Notes: generated by a model not told the origin, from the sequence alone. Positions 18,348 to 28,311 are shown, numbered from the stretch's first letter. The stretch: 64,000 nucleotides of DNA from Candidatus Zambryskibacteria bacterium RIFCSPHIGHO2_01_FULL_43_25 (GCA_001823695.1 MHVD01000002.1:15215-79214), one strand, 5' to 3'. Numbers and translations: made by a program.

Positions 18348-19094
18348 ATGAAATTAGCCGAAACTAAAAACGAAACGGGAATTCTAGACAAGCTTTTTGA
18401 AATAGGAGCACATTTTGGGTTGGTCAAATCTCGCCGGCATCCTTCAACCAAGCCGTATCTTTTCGGAGTCAAGAATAAAGTCGAGATTTTTAATCTTGAG
18501 AAAACCAAATCCTCTCTAGATTCCGCGAAGGAATTTGTCGAGGGAGTGGCAAAGGAAAGAGGTGTAATACTGTTCGTCGGCGGCAAGAGCGAAGCCAAGG
18601 AAGCTCTCCGAGCCGGAGCAGAAAGAATAAAAATGCCGTACGTTGCTGGCAGATGGTTAGGCGGGACACTCACAAATTTTTCTGAAATCCGGAAGAGGAT
18701 AAGCAAACTTGAGTCGCTTGTAAGTCAGAAAGAAAAAGGTGAATTGGTAAAATATACGAAGAAAGAGAGGCTTTTGATTGACAGGGAAATAGAGTATTTG
18801 GGGAGATTTTTCGGAGGGTTGTCTTATCTGACTCGATTACCCAAAACTCTGTTTATCATTGACTCCCGTAGGGAGAAAAATGCTGTCCTAGAGGCAGTGA
18901 AGCTAAACATACCGATAGTATCTCTTTCAAGTTCTGATTGCGACCTATCATTTATTGACTATCCCATTCCGGCAAATGATGCTGGAATGGCGAGCATAAA
19001 ATACTTTGTTGATGAGATTGTTTCTGCTTACGAGAACGGTCTCAAAATGGTGCCAACGGCAAAAGAGGAGACAAAAGAAAAAAACGTGGTTTAG
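18348..19094 (+). CDS. rpsB: 30S ribosomal protein S2
   Basis: GAHFG, RWLGGTLTN and PIPAND. Confidence 0.97.
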   Translation: MKLAETKNETGILDKLFEIGAHFGLVKSRRHPSTKPYLFGVKNKVEIFNLEKTKSSLDSAKEFVEGVAKERGVILFVGGKSEAKEALRAGAERIKMPYVAGRWLGGTLTNFSEIRKRISKLESLVSQKEKGELVKYTKKERLLIDREIEYLGRFFGGLSYLTRLPKTLFIIDSRREKNAVLEAVKLNIPIVSLSSSDCDLSFIDYPIPANDAGMASIKYFVDEIVSAYENGLKMVPTAKEETKEKNVV

Positions 19095-19151
19095 ATATAA
19101 TTTCCTAAGCCATCCTTTAGGGGTTAGCTTAGTTTTGATATAATTCGTGCC

Positions 19152-19736
19152 ATGATTACTACTGAACAAGTAAAAGAACTTAGGAATAAAACAGGGGTAT
19201 CGGTGATGCAATGCCGAAGGGCTCTTGAGGAAGCGGGGGGTAATATTGAAAAGGCGGTTATTATACTCCAGCGGAAAGGCAGCGATATCGCAGAAAAAAA
19301 GGCCAACAGGGCCCTGAAATCCGGAGCAGTCCAGTCATATATTCACGCCAATGGTAGCATCGGTGCAATAGTTGAACTTTCGTGCGAAACTGATTTTGTT
19401 GCCAAGAACAGCGATTTTATCGCCCTAGCTTACGACATTGCTATGCATACTGCCGCAACTGACCCGCAATTCTTAAAAATGGAAGATATTACAGAGAGCG
19501 TAAAAAAACAAGCAGTGGAGATATTTGAAAAAGAAGTTATTGACAAGCCAAAAGACCTGAAGGAAAAAATAATTGAAGGCAAGCTCAAAGCTTATTTTGG
19601 GGAACAAGTTCTTCTGGACCAGCAATTCATCAAAAATCCGGATATGACAATCCGTAATTTGATAAACAGCGCAACGCAGAAATTTGGCGAACGCATTGAA
19701 GTAAGGCGTTTTGTCCGATTTTCCACATTGCAGTAG
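19152..19736 (+). CDS. tsf: Elongation factor Ts (short form)
   Basis: VKELRNKTG, ELSCETDFVA and GERIEVRRFVRF. Confidence 0.96.
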   Translation: MITTEQVKELRNKTGVSVMQCRRALEEAGGNIEKAVIILQRKGSDIAEKKANRALKSGAVQSYIHANGSIGAIVELSCETDFVAKNSDFIALAYDIAMHTAATDPQFLKMEDITESVKKQAVEIFEKEVIDKPKDLKEKIIEGKLKAYFGEQVLLDQQFIKNPDMTIRNLINSATQKFGERIEVRRFVRFSTLQ

Positions 19737-19747
19737 GGGAAATTATT

Positions 19748-20161
19748 ATGACTCTAACATACACTTTTTTTATTTCTTTGGGATTGATTGTTATTCTCAT
19801 AGCCCACAAAGCGTTTGAGATAAAAAGGGGAAGAGAAACTTTTGTCTCCAGCCTCTTCGTTGCGCTGGATAAACCGATGAGAAATTTGTTTGATTCCGGC
19901 CGCAACGCAATGATTGAGAGGCGAGAGAGGATAATGGTTTTTTTGCGACAAGACGTTCCTCATCATACTCTCAATATGGGCGAGCAATTTGGTTTTTTTC
20001 TGGGCGGAAAGTACAAAAACTTTTTGAGAAAAATGAGAGGCATAAAATCTCTTGAACACGGCAACGGCGGGTCAATCTTTATGAGAGCGATGACAGAACA
20101 CAAGAGAAAGAGCGCAAATAACGGCAGTTTTAATCAGAACCTTAAAGGTGATTCAAAATAG
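19748..20161 (+). CDS. Hypothetical membrane-anchored protein
   Basis: N-terminal TM helix, co-oriented with tsf. Confidence 0.6.
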   Translation: MTLTYTFFISLGLIVILIAHKAFEIKRGRETFVSSLFVALDKPMRNLFDSGRNAMIERRERIMVFLRQDVPHHTLNMGEQFGFFLGGKYKNFLRKMRGIKSLEHGNGGSIFMRAMTEHKRKSANNGSFNQNLKGDSK

Positions 20162-20187
20162 TCTTTTGTGGTATTATCCCATTGTTT

Positions 20188-20260
20188 GCCACCTTAGCTC
20201 AGTTGGTAGAGCAACGCTTTTGTAAAGCGAAGGTCCCCGGTTCGAGTCCGGGAGGTGGCT
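20188..20260 (+). tRNA. tRNA-Thr(TGT), CCA not encoded
   Basis: GCCACCT/AGGTGGC acceptor stem, AGCTCAGTTGGTAGAGC D-arm, TT-TGT-AA anticodon loop and GGTTCGAGTCC T-arm. Confidence 0.96.
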
Positions 20261-20268
20261 CAAAGACT

Positions 20269-20303
20269 AAACAAAACCTCCGTTTAGAACGGAGGTTTTG
20301 TTT
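20269..20303. terminator. Bidirectional terminator
   Basis: 16-bp perfect stem AAACAAAACCTCCGTT/AACGGAGGTTTTGTTT between convergent genes. Confidence 0.85.
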
Positions 20304-20987
20304 CTAGCTTTCTTCTGTGCTAGTAGCTTGTTTATCTTGTTCTTCTTTCCACTCTTTGAGTATTGGTATGGCCTTTTCTATGTCTTCAATGCTCTGGAAA
20401 CCATAAAATATATTATCGTCAATATAAACAGCCGGAAGCGACTGTTTTATTTCGTTGATAGAGATCAGTGTCTTTACTGCAGGCAAGTCAATGTTGTAAT
20501 CAAATGAATAAACCCGAAGCTGAGGGAAATCCTCTTTGAGTCGTGTCAGGACATAACCTTGTTTCTGGCATTCATCGCAACTCTCCTTGTAAAAATAGAG
20601 TATGAAAACATTCCCCGCCCCGCATTTCTCGTTCACTCTCTTCATAAGCAGGAAGTCTTTTATCTGGAGCAGAGAGTAGTATTTTTTTAAGGCCTCAACC
20701 TCCGCATCGTCAGGCCCCCTTGTTTCTTCTGTGAATGACAGCCTCTCTCCTAGGCGGTTTAATTCTTTGGAAAGAATAGTATTGCCGATCTCCTTGCAGG
20801 AAAATTCTTCAAGCAGAGACGATTGGACTTCGGAAGAAAGAATGTCCGTTGATATCTGGTCTTGGATAAGTCTGATTTCCGCGACCTTCTTCCTACTTAT
20901 ATAATCGGCCAGAAAAATCGCCGTGATAAAAATTAGCGCAGTTATTACAAGAGCGACTAAGTATCTTCTTATATCCGGGTTTTTCAT
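20304..20987 (-). CDS. Membrane-anchored coiled-coil protein with C-terminal thioredoxin-like CxxC domain
   Basis: TM helix, ILYFY..SCDEC..QG..L, VYSFD and LPAVYI. Confidence 0.7.
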   Translation of the reverse strand: MKNPDIRRYLVALVITALIFITAIFLADYISRKKVAEIRLIQDQISTDILSSEVQSSLLEEFSCKEIGNTILSKELNRLGERLSFTEETRGPDDAEVEALKKYYSLLQIKDFLLMKRVNEKCGAGNVFILYFYKESCDECQKQGYVLTRLKEDFPQLRVYSFDYNIDLPAVKTLISINEIKQSLPAVYIDDNIFYGFQSIEDIEKAIPILKEWKEEQDKQATSTEES

Positions 20988-20988
20988 T

Positions 20989-22224
20989 TTATTTCCAGCT
21001 TATATCTCTCGCGAAAGCGGTGCTATAGAGGGCCTTAGCCAGCCATAAGGGCGCTATAAGTCCATAAAAAAGCAAGAAATAAAAGACATCTCGACCCAAA
21101 TATACACGCCCATACGTCATTTTTCGACTGATGAAAATTATAGCCAGTGTTCCCAGAAGTATTACTGCCGTGACTATGGCAATTGGATTGATATTGATAA
21201 AAAATAAATCAAAAGACGGTATGGACAAGTTAAGACCGGCGGCCTGTATCTGCTCAAACCTCTCGGCTCCCTTGACTGCAGCGTTGACTATCAGCGTTCC
21301 GGTGAAATAAAGGGCGATAAATATTGAAACAATTGCCATGGGAAGGATATACATTCCTATATTGCCGAATTTCCTGCGGAATATCATGTGTCTGTAATCA
21401 ATCATATTGTTCAGAAATCCATAGGTCCATCTTAGTCTCTGTTTATAGAGACTCTTTAGGGTATATGGAGCAACTGTGTAGATGTGCGCATTGTGGGCAT
21501 TGACTATCTTCATATGGTTACTGTGCATACGAAGAGCGATTTCAAAATCTTCTGTGAAATGAGCGTGCTTATAACCTCCCAATTCATCAAAGACCTGCTT
21601 TCTGAATATAGAAAACGGTCCTGGAGTTATATATATTGCGCCTAGAAATGAGAGCATCTTTCTTAGGAATATTCCCCACGAGTATTCAACTTTCTGTATA
21701 AGCTGGATTATACTTGTGGGTTCAAAGACTTTTATCGCGGGAGTGACGGCCATTATTTCGGAACTAGTGAAATGGGAAATAATTATTTTCAATGTTTGTT
21801 TTTCAACAAACGAATCTGCATCCAGACAACCCACAAACGGCGTGGTTACATATTTCAACCCGAAATTTAGCGCCGAATATTTCCCGCCGTTTTCTTTTTT
21901 TAGAATTTCAATTTGTTTATTGTTTCTAAAACGGTTTAGAACATTCTGCGTGTTGTCGGTGCTGCCATCGTCAACGATTATTATGTTTAATTTTTCTTTT
22001 GGATAATCAAGATCAAGAATGGATTCAATTGTTTTGGTTATGGTTTGTTCCTCGTTAAAGCAGGGTACAATGACACTGACTGCAGGAAGGTCGGTTGGCA
22101 TAGGTCTGTCCTCTTCTTGCTTTATTGAATGCCTTCTCTCAAGATAAGTAAGAAGCATGAATATCTCAAAATACAGAGATATAAAAAGCGACAGATATAT
22201 AATTGTTTGGGCAATGTCGGACAT
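20989..22224 (-). CDS. Processive GT2 glycosyltransferase (PgaC/IcaA-like)
   Basis: DDGSTD, GGK, DAD, TED, QRLRW and TM helices. Confidence 0.92.
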   Translation of the reverse strand: MSDIAQTIIYLSLFISLYFEIFMLLTYLERRHSIKQEEDRPMPTDLPAVSVIVPCFNEEQTITKTIESILDLDYPKEKLNIIIVDDGSTDNTQNVLNRFRNNKQIEILKKENGGKYSALNFGLKYVTTPFVGCLDADSFVEKQTLKIIISHFTSSEIMAVTPAIKVFEPTSIIQLIQKVEYSWGIFLRKMLSFLGAIYITPGPFSIFRKQVFDELGGYKHAHFTEDFEIALRMHSNHMKIVNAHNAHIYTVAPYTLKSLYKQRLRWTYGFLNNMIDYRHMIFRRKFGNIGMYILPMAIVSIFIALYFTGTLIVNAAVKGAERFEQIQAAGLNLSIPSFDLFFININPIAIVTAVILLGTLAIIFISRKMTYGRVYLGRDVFYFLLFYGLIAPLWLAKALYSTAFARDISWK

Positions 22225-22335
22225 TAGTTTCTTCTAAAACTAAGCGATTATACTATCTATTTGCGCTTTTTTCAATATTTTGCTTTTTTGAAAAAAGGCC
22301 AGATTTATATATAATTACCAGCAGTTACCATCAAA

Positions 22336-23142
22336 ATGAAAGAGTACGAAGCTGACACATACGGCCACCTGCATCCTATAAGCCACATTATCAGGCAAAC
22401 AGCCTATATTTTTTCTCAAATTGGATTTTCTACAGTCAGCGGACCTGAAATAGAAACAGAGTATTATAATTTTGATGCTCTAAACATTCCTGCTCATCAC
22501 CCGGCTCGTGATATGTGGGACACTTTTTGGCTTAAGCAAACCAACAACCAACAGTCGGCAGCCGATGACGGACTAGCAGGCGGTAAAGATAGCAAGTCAT
22601 CAGTTGTTGGTAGTAAGTTATTACGAACTCACACCTCGCCGGTACAAGTACGTTTTGCGGAAAAAAACAAACCTCCGATCAGGATTATTGTGCCTGGCAA
22701 AACCTTTCGTCACGAAGCGACAGATGCCACCCACGAAGCCCAATTTTTCCAACTTGAAGGTTTATATATTGATACTGATGTGTCGCTAGCGAATTTAAAA
22801 TTCGTTCTTGAGTTTTACCTTGAGAAGTTGTTTGGCTCCAAAACCGATATCAGATTCAGGCCGAGTTTTTTCCCGTTTGTCGAACCGGGCGTTGAAATTG
22901 ACATGTCCTGTTTCAAATGCGGCGGGAGTGGTTGTCCTACATGCAAACAATCTGGTTGGATTGAAATAATGGGGGCAGGAATGGTGCATCCTAAGGTCTT
23001 AAGTAACATGGGCATTCATCCAAAGAGATTCAGCGGTTTTGCCTTCGGCGGCGGTATAGACAGACTGGCAATGCTTAAATTCGGGATAGGTGATATAAGA
23101 TCGCTTTATACGGGCGATTTGCGGCTTATAAATCAGTTTTAG
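22336..23142 (+). CDS. pheS: Phenylalanine-tRNA ligase alpha subunit (lacks the N-terminal coiled coil)
   Basis: HPARDMWDTF, LLRTHTSPVQ, FPFVEP and GFAFGGGIDR. Confidence 0.96.
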   Translation: MKEYEADTYGHLHPISHIIRQTAYIFSQIGFSTVSGPEIETEYYNFDALNIPAHHPARDMWDTFWLKQTNNQQSAADDGLAGGKDSKSSVVGSKLLRTHTSPVQVRFAEKNKPPIRIIVPGKTFRHEATDATHEAQFFQLEGLYIDTDVSLANLKFVLEFYLEKLFGSKTDIRFRPSFFPFVEPGVEIDMSCFKCGGSGCPTCKQSGWIEIMGAGMVHPKVLSNMGIHPKRFSGFAFGGGIDRLAMLKFGIGDIRSLYTGDLRLINQF

Positions 23143-23160
23143 TCCGGCAATTAAAAGAAC

Positions 23161-25539
23161 ATGCTTATCAGTTATAAATGGCTAGAGAGGTACTTTGATG
23201 AAAAACTGCCGGAAGCGGAAAAAATTTCCAGTGCGCTCACAATGCATTCCTTTGAGGTTGAATCTTTTGAAGCTGTTGAAGGAGATACGGTTTTCAACAT
23301 CAAAATTTTACCTGACCGTGCCCATGACTGTCTGTCGCACAGAGGTATTGCCAGAGAGATATCGGTAATTCTCGGTACGAGGCTTAACAAGGAAGAGTAT
23401 GAACTCAAGCCGCTGTCAGGTATCCCAGAATCCAAGAAAGTCACAATTAATTACATTGACCAAAAAATCTGTCCGCGTTTCTCAGCGCTTGTCATTGAAA
23501 ATATAAAAATAAAAGAAAGCCCAGGATGGCTTCGTGAAATCCTCAAATCCATAGGCCAGAAATCAATAAACAACGTAGTTGATATAACCAATTACGTGAT
23601 GTTTTCAATGGGACAACCGCTTCATGCATATGACTTAAGTCGCCTTAATCAAAAAGATGGGGTGATTGATTTCGGGGTAAGAATGAGTCAAAAAGGAGAA
23701 AAACTTATAACCTTGGACGGCAAGGAGTATGAAATGCCTGGAGGGTTGCTAGTTATAGAAAACGAAGGCGCTGTGGGTATTGCTGGAATAAAGGGTGGCA
23801 ATTCAAGCAGAATAGATGAAAATACAAAATCAATTGTGATTGAGGCGGCAAATTTTAATCCAGTAGCGGTCAGAAAATCATCTAAAGCTATAGGTTTGAG
23901 GACTGATGCCTCAATCAGGTTTGAAAATGATATATCTCCAAAACTTACACTCCGCGCTCTTGAAATGGCCAGGGGGCTTGTTTTAGAGCTCGCAAGCACA
24001 AAAGATACGATTATTGAAGGATTTGCCGATTTTTACCCCATTAGGAGGTCGGACTACAAGGTTGGAGTATCTCTGGAAGAAATTAAAAAAATTACCGGTA
24101 TTGATTTTGATGATAAAGAAATTAAAAAAATTTTAGATCGAGCACTGCTGAAATATGAGGTAATCAATCCTCGTGATGTTATTGTGTCTCTTGCGAAAGA
24201 AAATCTAGGCAAACCATATAAATACGGCGCAAGCGTGACTGCTGATGCACCAAACGCTTTTGACTGTTCCTCGTTTATTTCTTGGCTTTATGCCCAGGCT
24301 GGTATTTCTATACCAAGAATTTCCATAGACCAATATATTTACGGAGCAGAAATTTCCAGAGAAAAAACCAAGCCTGGGGATTTAGTTTTTTGTAATACGC
24401 ACAGAGACAACAGGGGTGTTTTTCATCGTAAGTCCATAGAGTTTTTACCTGGAACTGAGGTTACTAAACCAGTTGATCATGACGGTATTTACCTTGGTAA
24501 TGGCGAAGTTGCACATTCTACTGAAATTAAAGGAAAGATAATTGTTGAACTTTTAGATGAAAGTGATTCTTTTAAGGATATAGTTGGGTTCAGAAGGGTT
24601 AAAGAAATTGATAAAGATAGATATGTTATTTCCGTTCCTTTCGAAAGACTTGACTTGAGGCAACCCGCAGATCTTATAGAAGAAATTGCAAGAATCTATG
24701 GGTACGAAAATATAAAGCCAAAAAAACTGGAAGAAACTTCAGCAGAAGTTTTTACTGATAAAAATTCATATTATGCAGATTTGATGAAAGACATTTTAAT
24801 TGGCGAAGGTTTCTCGGAAATCATAAGTTATTCTTTTAAAAATAATGGCAAAATTGAACTCCTTAACCCGATTGCTTCTGATAAGGGCTTTCTCAGGGCG
24901 GATTTAAAAAACTCTATGCACGACCTGCTTGAATTTAATTTCAGTAATGCTGAACTCCTTGGCTTGACGGAAGTTAAAGTATTTGAAGTTGGCACCATTT
25001 TTAACAGCAAAGCGGAACACCTATCCTTGGCTGTGGCTGTAAAGAATAATGAAAAACAAAAGGTGGTTGATGAAGCAGTACGAGCGGTTATATCAAAAAT
25101 TAGTGATGATTTGAAGATTGACTTAATGAAATTTGGCGTTATTGAAGGCGGTATATACGAAGGCGATTTTGAAAAAGCAATAAAGAATTTGCCTGAGCCG
25201 AAAGAAGTAATTAAATTTGAATCAAGACCAAATCTCAAATTTAAAACCCCGTCAGTATACCCCTTTGTCTTGAGAGATGTGGCGGTTTTTGTGCCAAACG
25301 GAATTTCGGCGGATGAAGTTTTTGCTATTATAAAAAAAGAAGGCGGCAATTTACTTACACGTGTCAGACTTTTTGATGTATTTGAAAAAACAACAGAAGA
25401 TGGTGAAAAGAAAATCTCGTACGCTTTTAGACTTGTCTTTCAGTCCCAAAGCAGGACTTTAACAGATGAAGAAATGAACACAATAATGGAGAGAATTAAT
25501 AAGGCAGTCAATGCCAAGTTAAACTGGCAAGTGAGGTAA
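23161..25539 (+). CDS. pheT: Phenylalanine-tRNA ligase beta subunit with internal NlpC/P60 insertion
   Basis: DRAHDCLSHRGIARE, B3/4 domain, RLDL...DLIEEIARIYGY and the FDX-ACB C-terminus. The insert spans about 24165-24610. Confidence 0.95.
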   Translation: MLISYKWLERYFDEKLPEAEKISSALTMHSFEVESFEAVEGDTVFNIKILPDRAHDCLSHRGIAREISVILGTRLNKEEYELKPLSGIPESKKVTINYIDQKICPRFSALVIENIKIKESPGWLREILKSIGQKSINNVVDITNYVMFSMGQPLHAYDLSRLNQKDGVIDFGVRMSQKGEKLITLDGKEYEMPGGLLVIENEGAVGIAGIKGGNSSRIDENTKSIVIEAANFNPVAVRKSSKAIGLRTDASIRFENDISPKLTLRALEMARGLVLELASTKDTIIEGFADFYPIRRSDYKVGVSLEEIKKITGIDFDDKEIKKILDRALLKYEVINPRDVIVSLAKENLGKPYKYGASVTADAPNAFDCSSFISWLYAQAGISIPRISIDQYIYGAEISREKTKPGDLVFCNTHRDNRGVFHRKSIEFLPGTEVTKPVDHDGIYLGNGEVAHSTEIKGKIIVELLDESDSFKDIVGFRRVKEIDKDRYVISVPFERLDLRQPADLIEEIARIYGYENIKPKKLEETSAEVFTDKNSYYADLMKDILIGEGFSEIISYSFKNNGKIELLNPIASDKGFLRADLKNSMHDLLEFNFSNAELLGLTEVKVFEVGTIFNSKAEHLSLAVAVKNNEKQKVVDEAVRAVISKISDDLKIDLMKFGVIEGGIYEGDFEKAIKNLPEPKEVIKFESRPNLKFKTPSVYPFVLRDVAVFVPNGISADEVFAIIKKEGGNLLTRVRLFDVFEKTTEDGEKKISYAFRLVFQSQSRTLTDEEMNTIMERINKAVNAKLNWQVR

Positions 25540-25542
25540 TAT

Positions 25543-26109
25543 ATGATTTTAGACGTACCATATTATTCACAATATAACGACGTGGAGTCGATTAATTGGC
25601 AGGATAAGGCGTGCACTATGACCTGCCTCAAAATGGCGCTGGATTTTAAAACCAAAACCGATATGCCGTCTATTAACGAGCTTATTACCGAAGGCCACGC
25701 TATTGGCGGTTACGGAGAGTACGGGTGGACGCACCAGGCGATAGTTCTCCTGTCACATAACTATGGGATACCCGCCTATCAGGAAGAGTTTCGTTCGGTA
25801 TTTGTTGATGTACAGGAAAAGACTTTCGTTCCGAGTAAATTTGAATCAGAGATATTGAATGAAGGCATCGTTCGTCTGAAGAAAGGAATAGACGAAATGC
25901 GCCTGCCGATAGTCTCTGTTAGAAGAAATTGGGAGCAAAATGGTACTTTCCATTCAATTATTATTATTGGTTATGAGCTGAAAGACCGCGAAATATCCGG
26001 TTTTTACTACCACGATCCGGATACAAAAAATGAAGAAAAAAGGAAACAATTTATTCCACTTGATAAATTTACTTCCAACTGGAGAAAAATGGCTATATTT
26101 ATAGGTTAA
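25543..26109 (+). CDS. C39-like papain-fold peptidase
   Basis: LDVPYYSQ, ACTMTCLKM, FHSIIIIGY and YHDP (Q/C/H/D). Confidence 0.85.
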   Translation: MILDVPYYSQYNDVESINWQDKACTMTCLKMALDFKTKTDMPSINELITEGHAIGGYGEYGWTHQAIVLLSHNYGIPAYQEEFRSVFVDVQEKTFVPSKFESEILNEGIVRLKKGIDEMRLPIVSVRRNWEQNGTFHSIIIIGYELKDREISGFYYHDPDTKNEEKRKQFIPLDKFTSNWRKMAIFIG

Positions 26110-26219
26110 ATAGTGCACAAAAAGCTTTCATTTTTGGGTCTTTTGTGCTAATATTAAGTATATAAATCATAGTCTTTTTGGGGAGACAATCCGTCCAAAA
26201 AGCGGATTGTTATCTGTTT

Positions 26220-28298
26220 ATGGCAAGAGAAAAATCAGTAAAAAGGGGTCCTGCTAAAAACGGCTATACAGCCGAGGACATTACAGTCCTTGAGGGATTG
26301 GAGCCGGTTCGCAAGAGGCCGGGAATGTATATCGGAACAACCGGACCTGATGGACTCCACCACCTTATAACGGAAATTTTTGACAATGCCCGCGATGAGG
26401 CGATGGGGGGATTTGCCAACAATATTGAGGTTGTTTTACTGCCGGGCAACAGAGTAAGAGTCGTAGACAATGGCAGAGGCATTCCTATAGATATCCATAA
26501 GCAGACTAAAGTTTCCGCCCTGGAAACTATAATGACAACTCTTCATGCCGGTGGAAAATTTGGCGGAGGCAGCTATAAGGTTTCTGGTGGTCTTCATGGA
26601 GTCGGCGCATCGGTAGTTAATGCACTTTCGGACTATATGAAAGTGTTGGTTCACAGGGATGGCGGTTTGTATATACAGGAATATTCCGCAGGCAAAAGGA
26701 AAGCCGCTGTCAAAAAAATAGGCAGTTCAAAATTAACAGGAACAATTGTTGTCTTTGAGCCGGACCCTAAAATCTTTCCAGAAATAAAATTTGATTACGG
26801 TCGTGTAGTCAGTCATATGCGCCAGCAGGCCTACTTGGTAAAGGGGCTTCGCATTTCTGTTATTGATGCGCGTTCTGTTCCAGAAAAGGAACTTGAGAAA
26901 GAGACTTTTTGGATCAGAGACCTACACATTGAGGCGTCGAACAACTCATTTTATTTTGAGGGGGGCCTTCTTTCCTTGGTCAAATTTTACAATCAAACCC
27001 AAAAACCAATCCACAAAAACATCTTCTACACCGAGAAAAAAATAAATGAGTACGAGTCGGTAGAAGTAGCGCTGCAGTATGTAGACGACATATCTTCCAG
27101 GGTTGTTCCATTTGCAAACAACGTTTATAACACCGAGGGCGGGACTCATGTTACGGGCTTCAAAACCGCTTTGACTAGAACACTCAATGCTTATGCGCGA
27201 AAAAGCAATTCAGTAAAGGAAAGCGAAGACAATTTCACAGGAGATGACGTCTTAGAGGGCCTGACCGCCGTTATTTCAGTGAAATTGCGTGAAATTCAAT
27301 TTGAAGGGCAGACGAAGGCTAAGTTGGGCACCGTGGAAGCTAGAGGAATGGTTGAAGCGGTTTTTGGCGACGGATTCGCGGCATTTCTTGAAGAAAATCC
27401 CGATGATGCCAAGGCGATGATAGGGAAAGTCGTTTTGGCTCTTAAGGCCCGCAAAGCGGCCAAAGCGGCCAAAGAGTCAGTTCTTCGTAAGGGAGCGCTT
27501 GAGGGAATGACTTTGCCGGGGAAACTTGCTGATTGCCAAAGTAAATCAGCTGAAGAGTCGGAACTTTTCATTGTTGAGGGAGATTCAGCCGGCGGTACTG
27601 CAAAAATGGGCAGAGACAGGCGCATCCAGGCGATACTTCCTTTGCGTGGCAAAATTCTTAACATCGAACGAGCCCGTTTGGACAAGATGCTTTCTTCCGA
27701 ACAGATAAAAAATTTAGTAGTTGCTTTCGGCACAGCCATTGGCGATGTCTTTGATATAAGCAAACTACGATATCACAAGATAATCATTGCGACAGATGCC
27801 GATGTTGACGGTGCCCATATCAGAACTCTTTTATTGACCTTGCTTTATCGATTTTTCCGACCATTAGTTGATAATGGTCATGTTTATATTGCCCAGCCGC
27901 CTCTTTATAAAATAAAGAAGGGTAAAGAGATTTTCTATGCTTATACCGATGAAGAGAAAATAAATATTGTAGGGGCAGATATTACACCTGAAGATACTAT
28001 TGAAGGTGGCGAAGAAGTTGATATTGAACAAGGAGAGGAAAGTGAAGAAATAGGAGAAAAAGACACTAAAACAAAAGTTGCCAAAGTGTCTATTCAGAGA
28101 TACAAGGGTTTGGGTGAGATGAATTCGGAGGAGCTTTGGGAAACCACTATGGATCCGGCTCGAAGAATTCTAAAACAAATCACGGTTCTAGACGCTCAAG
28201 AAGCTGACAGGATATTTGATATATTGATGGGAACTGATGTCCCAGCCCGCAAGTCTTTTATTCAGACAAACGCCAAAACAGCAAATTTGGATATATAA
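26220..28298 (+). CDS. gyrB: DNA gyrase subunit B
   Basis: VRKRPGMYIG, SGGLHGVG, VEGDSAGG, DADVDG and QRYKGLGEMN. Confidence 0.95.
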   Translation: MAREKSVKRGPAKNGYTAEDITVLEGLEPVRKRPGMYIGTTGPDGLHHLITEIFDNARDEAMGGFANNIEVVLLPGNRVRVVDNGRGIPIDIHKQTKVSALETIMTTLHAGGKFGGGSYKVSGGLHGVGASVVNALSDYMKVLVHRDGGLYIQEYSAGKRKAAVKKIGSSKLTGTIVVFEPDPKIFPEIKFDYGRVVSHMRQQAYLVKGLRISVIDARSVPEKELEKETFWIRDLHIEASNNSFYFEGGLLSLVKFYNQTQKPIHKNIFYTEKKINEYESVEVALQYVDDISSRVVPFANNVYNTEGGTHVTGFKTALTRTLNAYARKSNSVKESEDNFTGDDVLEGLTAVISVKLREIQFEGQTKAKLGTVEARGMVEAVFGDGFAAFLEENPDDAKAMIGKVVLALKARKAAKAAKESVLRKGALEGMTLPGKLADCQSKSAEESELFIVEGDSAGGTAKMGRDRRIQAILPLRGKILNIERARLDKMLSSEQIKNLVVAFGTAIGDVFDISKLRYHKIIIATDADVDGAHIRTLLLTLLYRFFRPLVDNGHVYIAQPPLYKIKKGKEIFYAYTDEEKINIVGADITPEDTIEGGEEVDIEQGEESEEIGEKDTKTKVAKVSIQRYKGLGEMNSEELWETTMDPARRILKQITVLDAQEADRIFDILMGTDVPARKSFIQTNAKTANLDI

Positions 28299-28311
28299 AA
28301 TATCAACTTTG

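Noticed and set aside
24160-24620. Intein or intron as the explanation of the pheT insertion
   Set aside because: There are no intein C/S...HN splice motifs or homing-endonuclease motifs, the frame is continuous, and the insert matches NlpC/P60.
27960-28085. Acidic insert in GyrB as a mobile insertion
   Set aside because: It is low-complexity Glu-rich sequence at the known variable TOPRIM insertion site.
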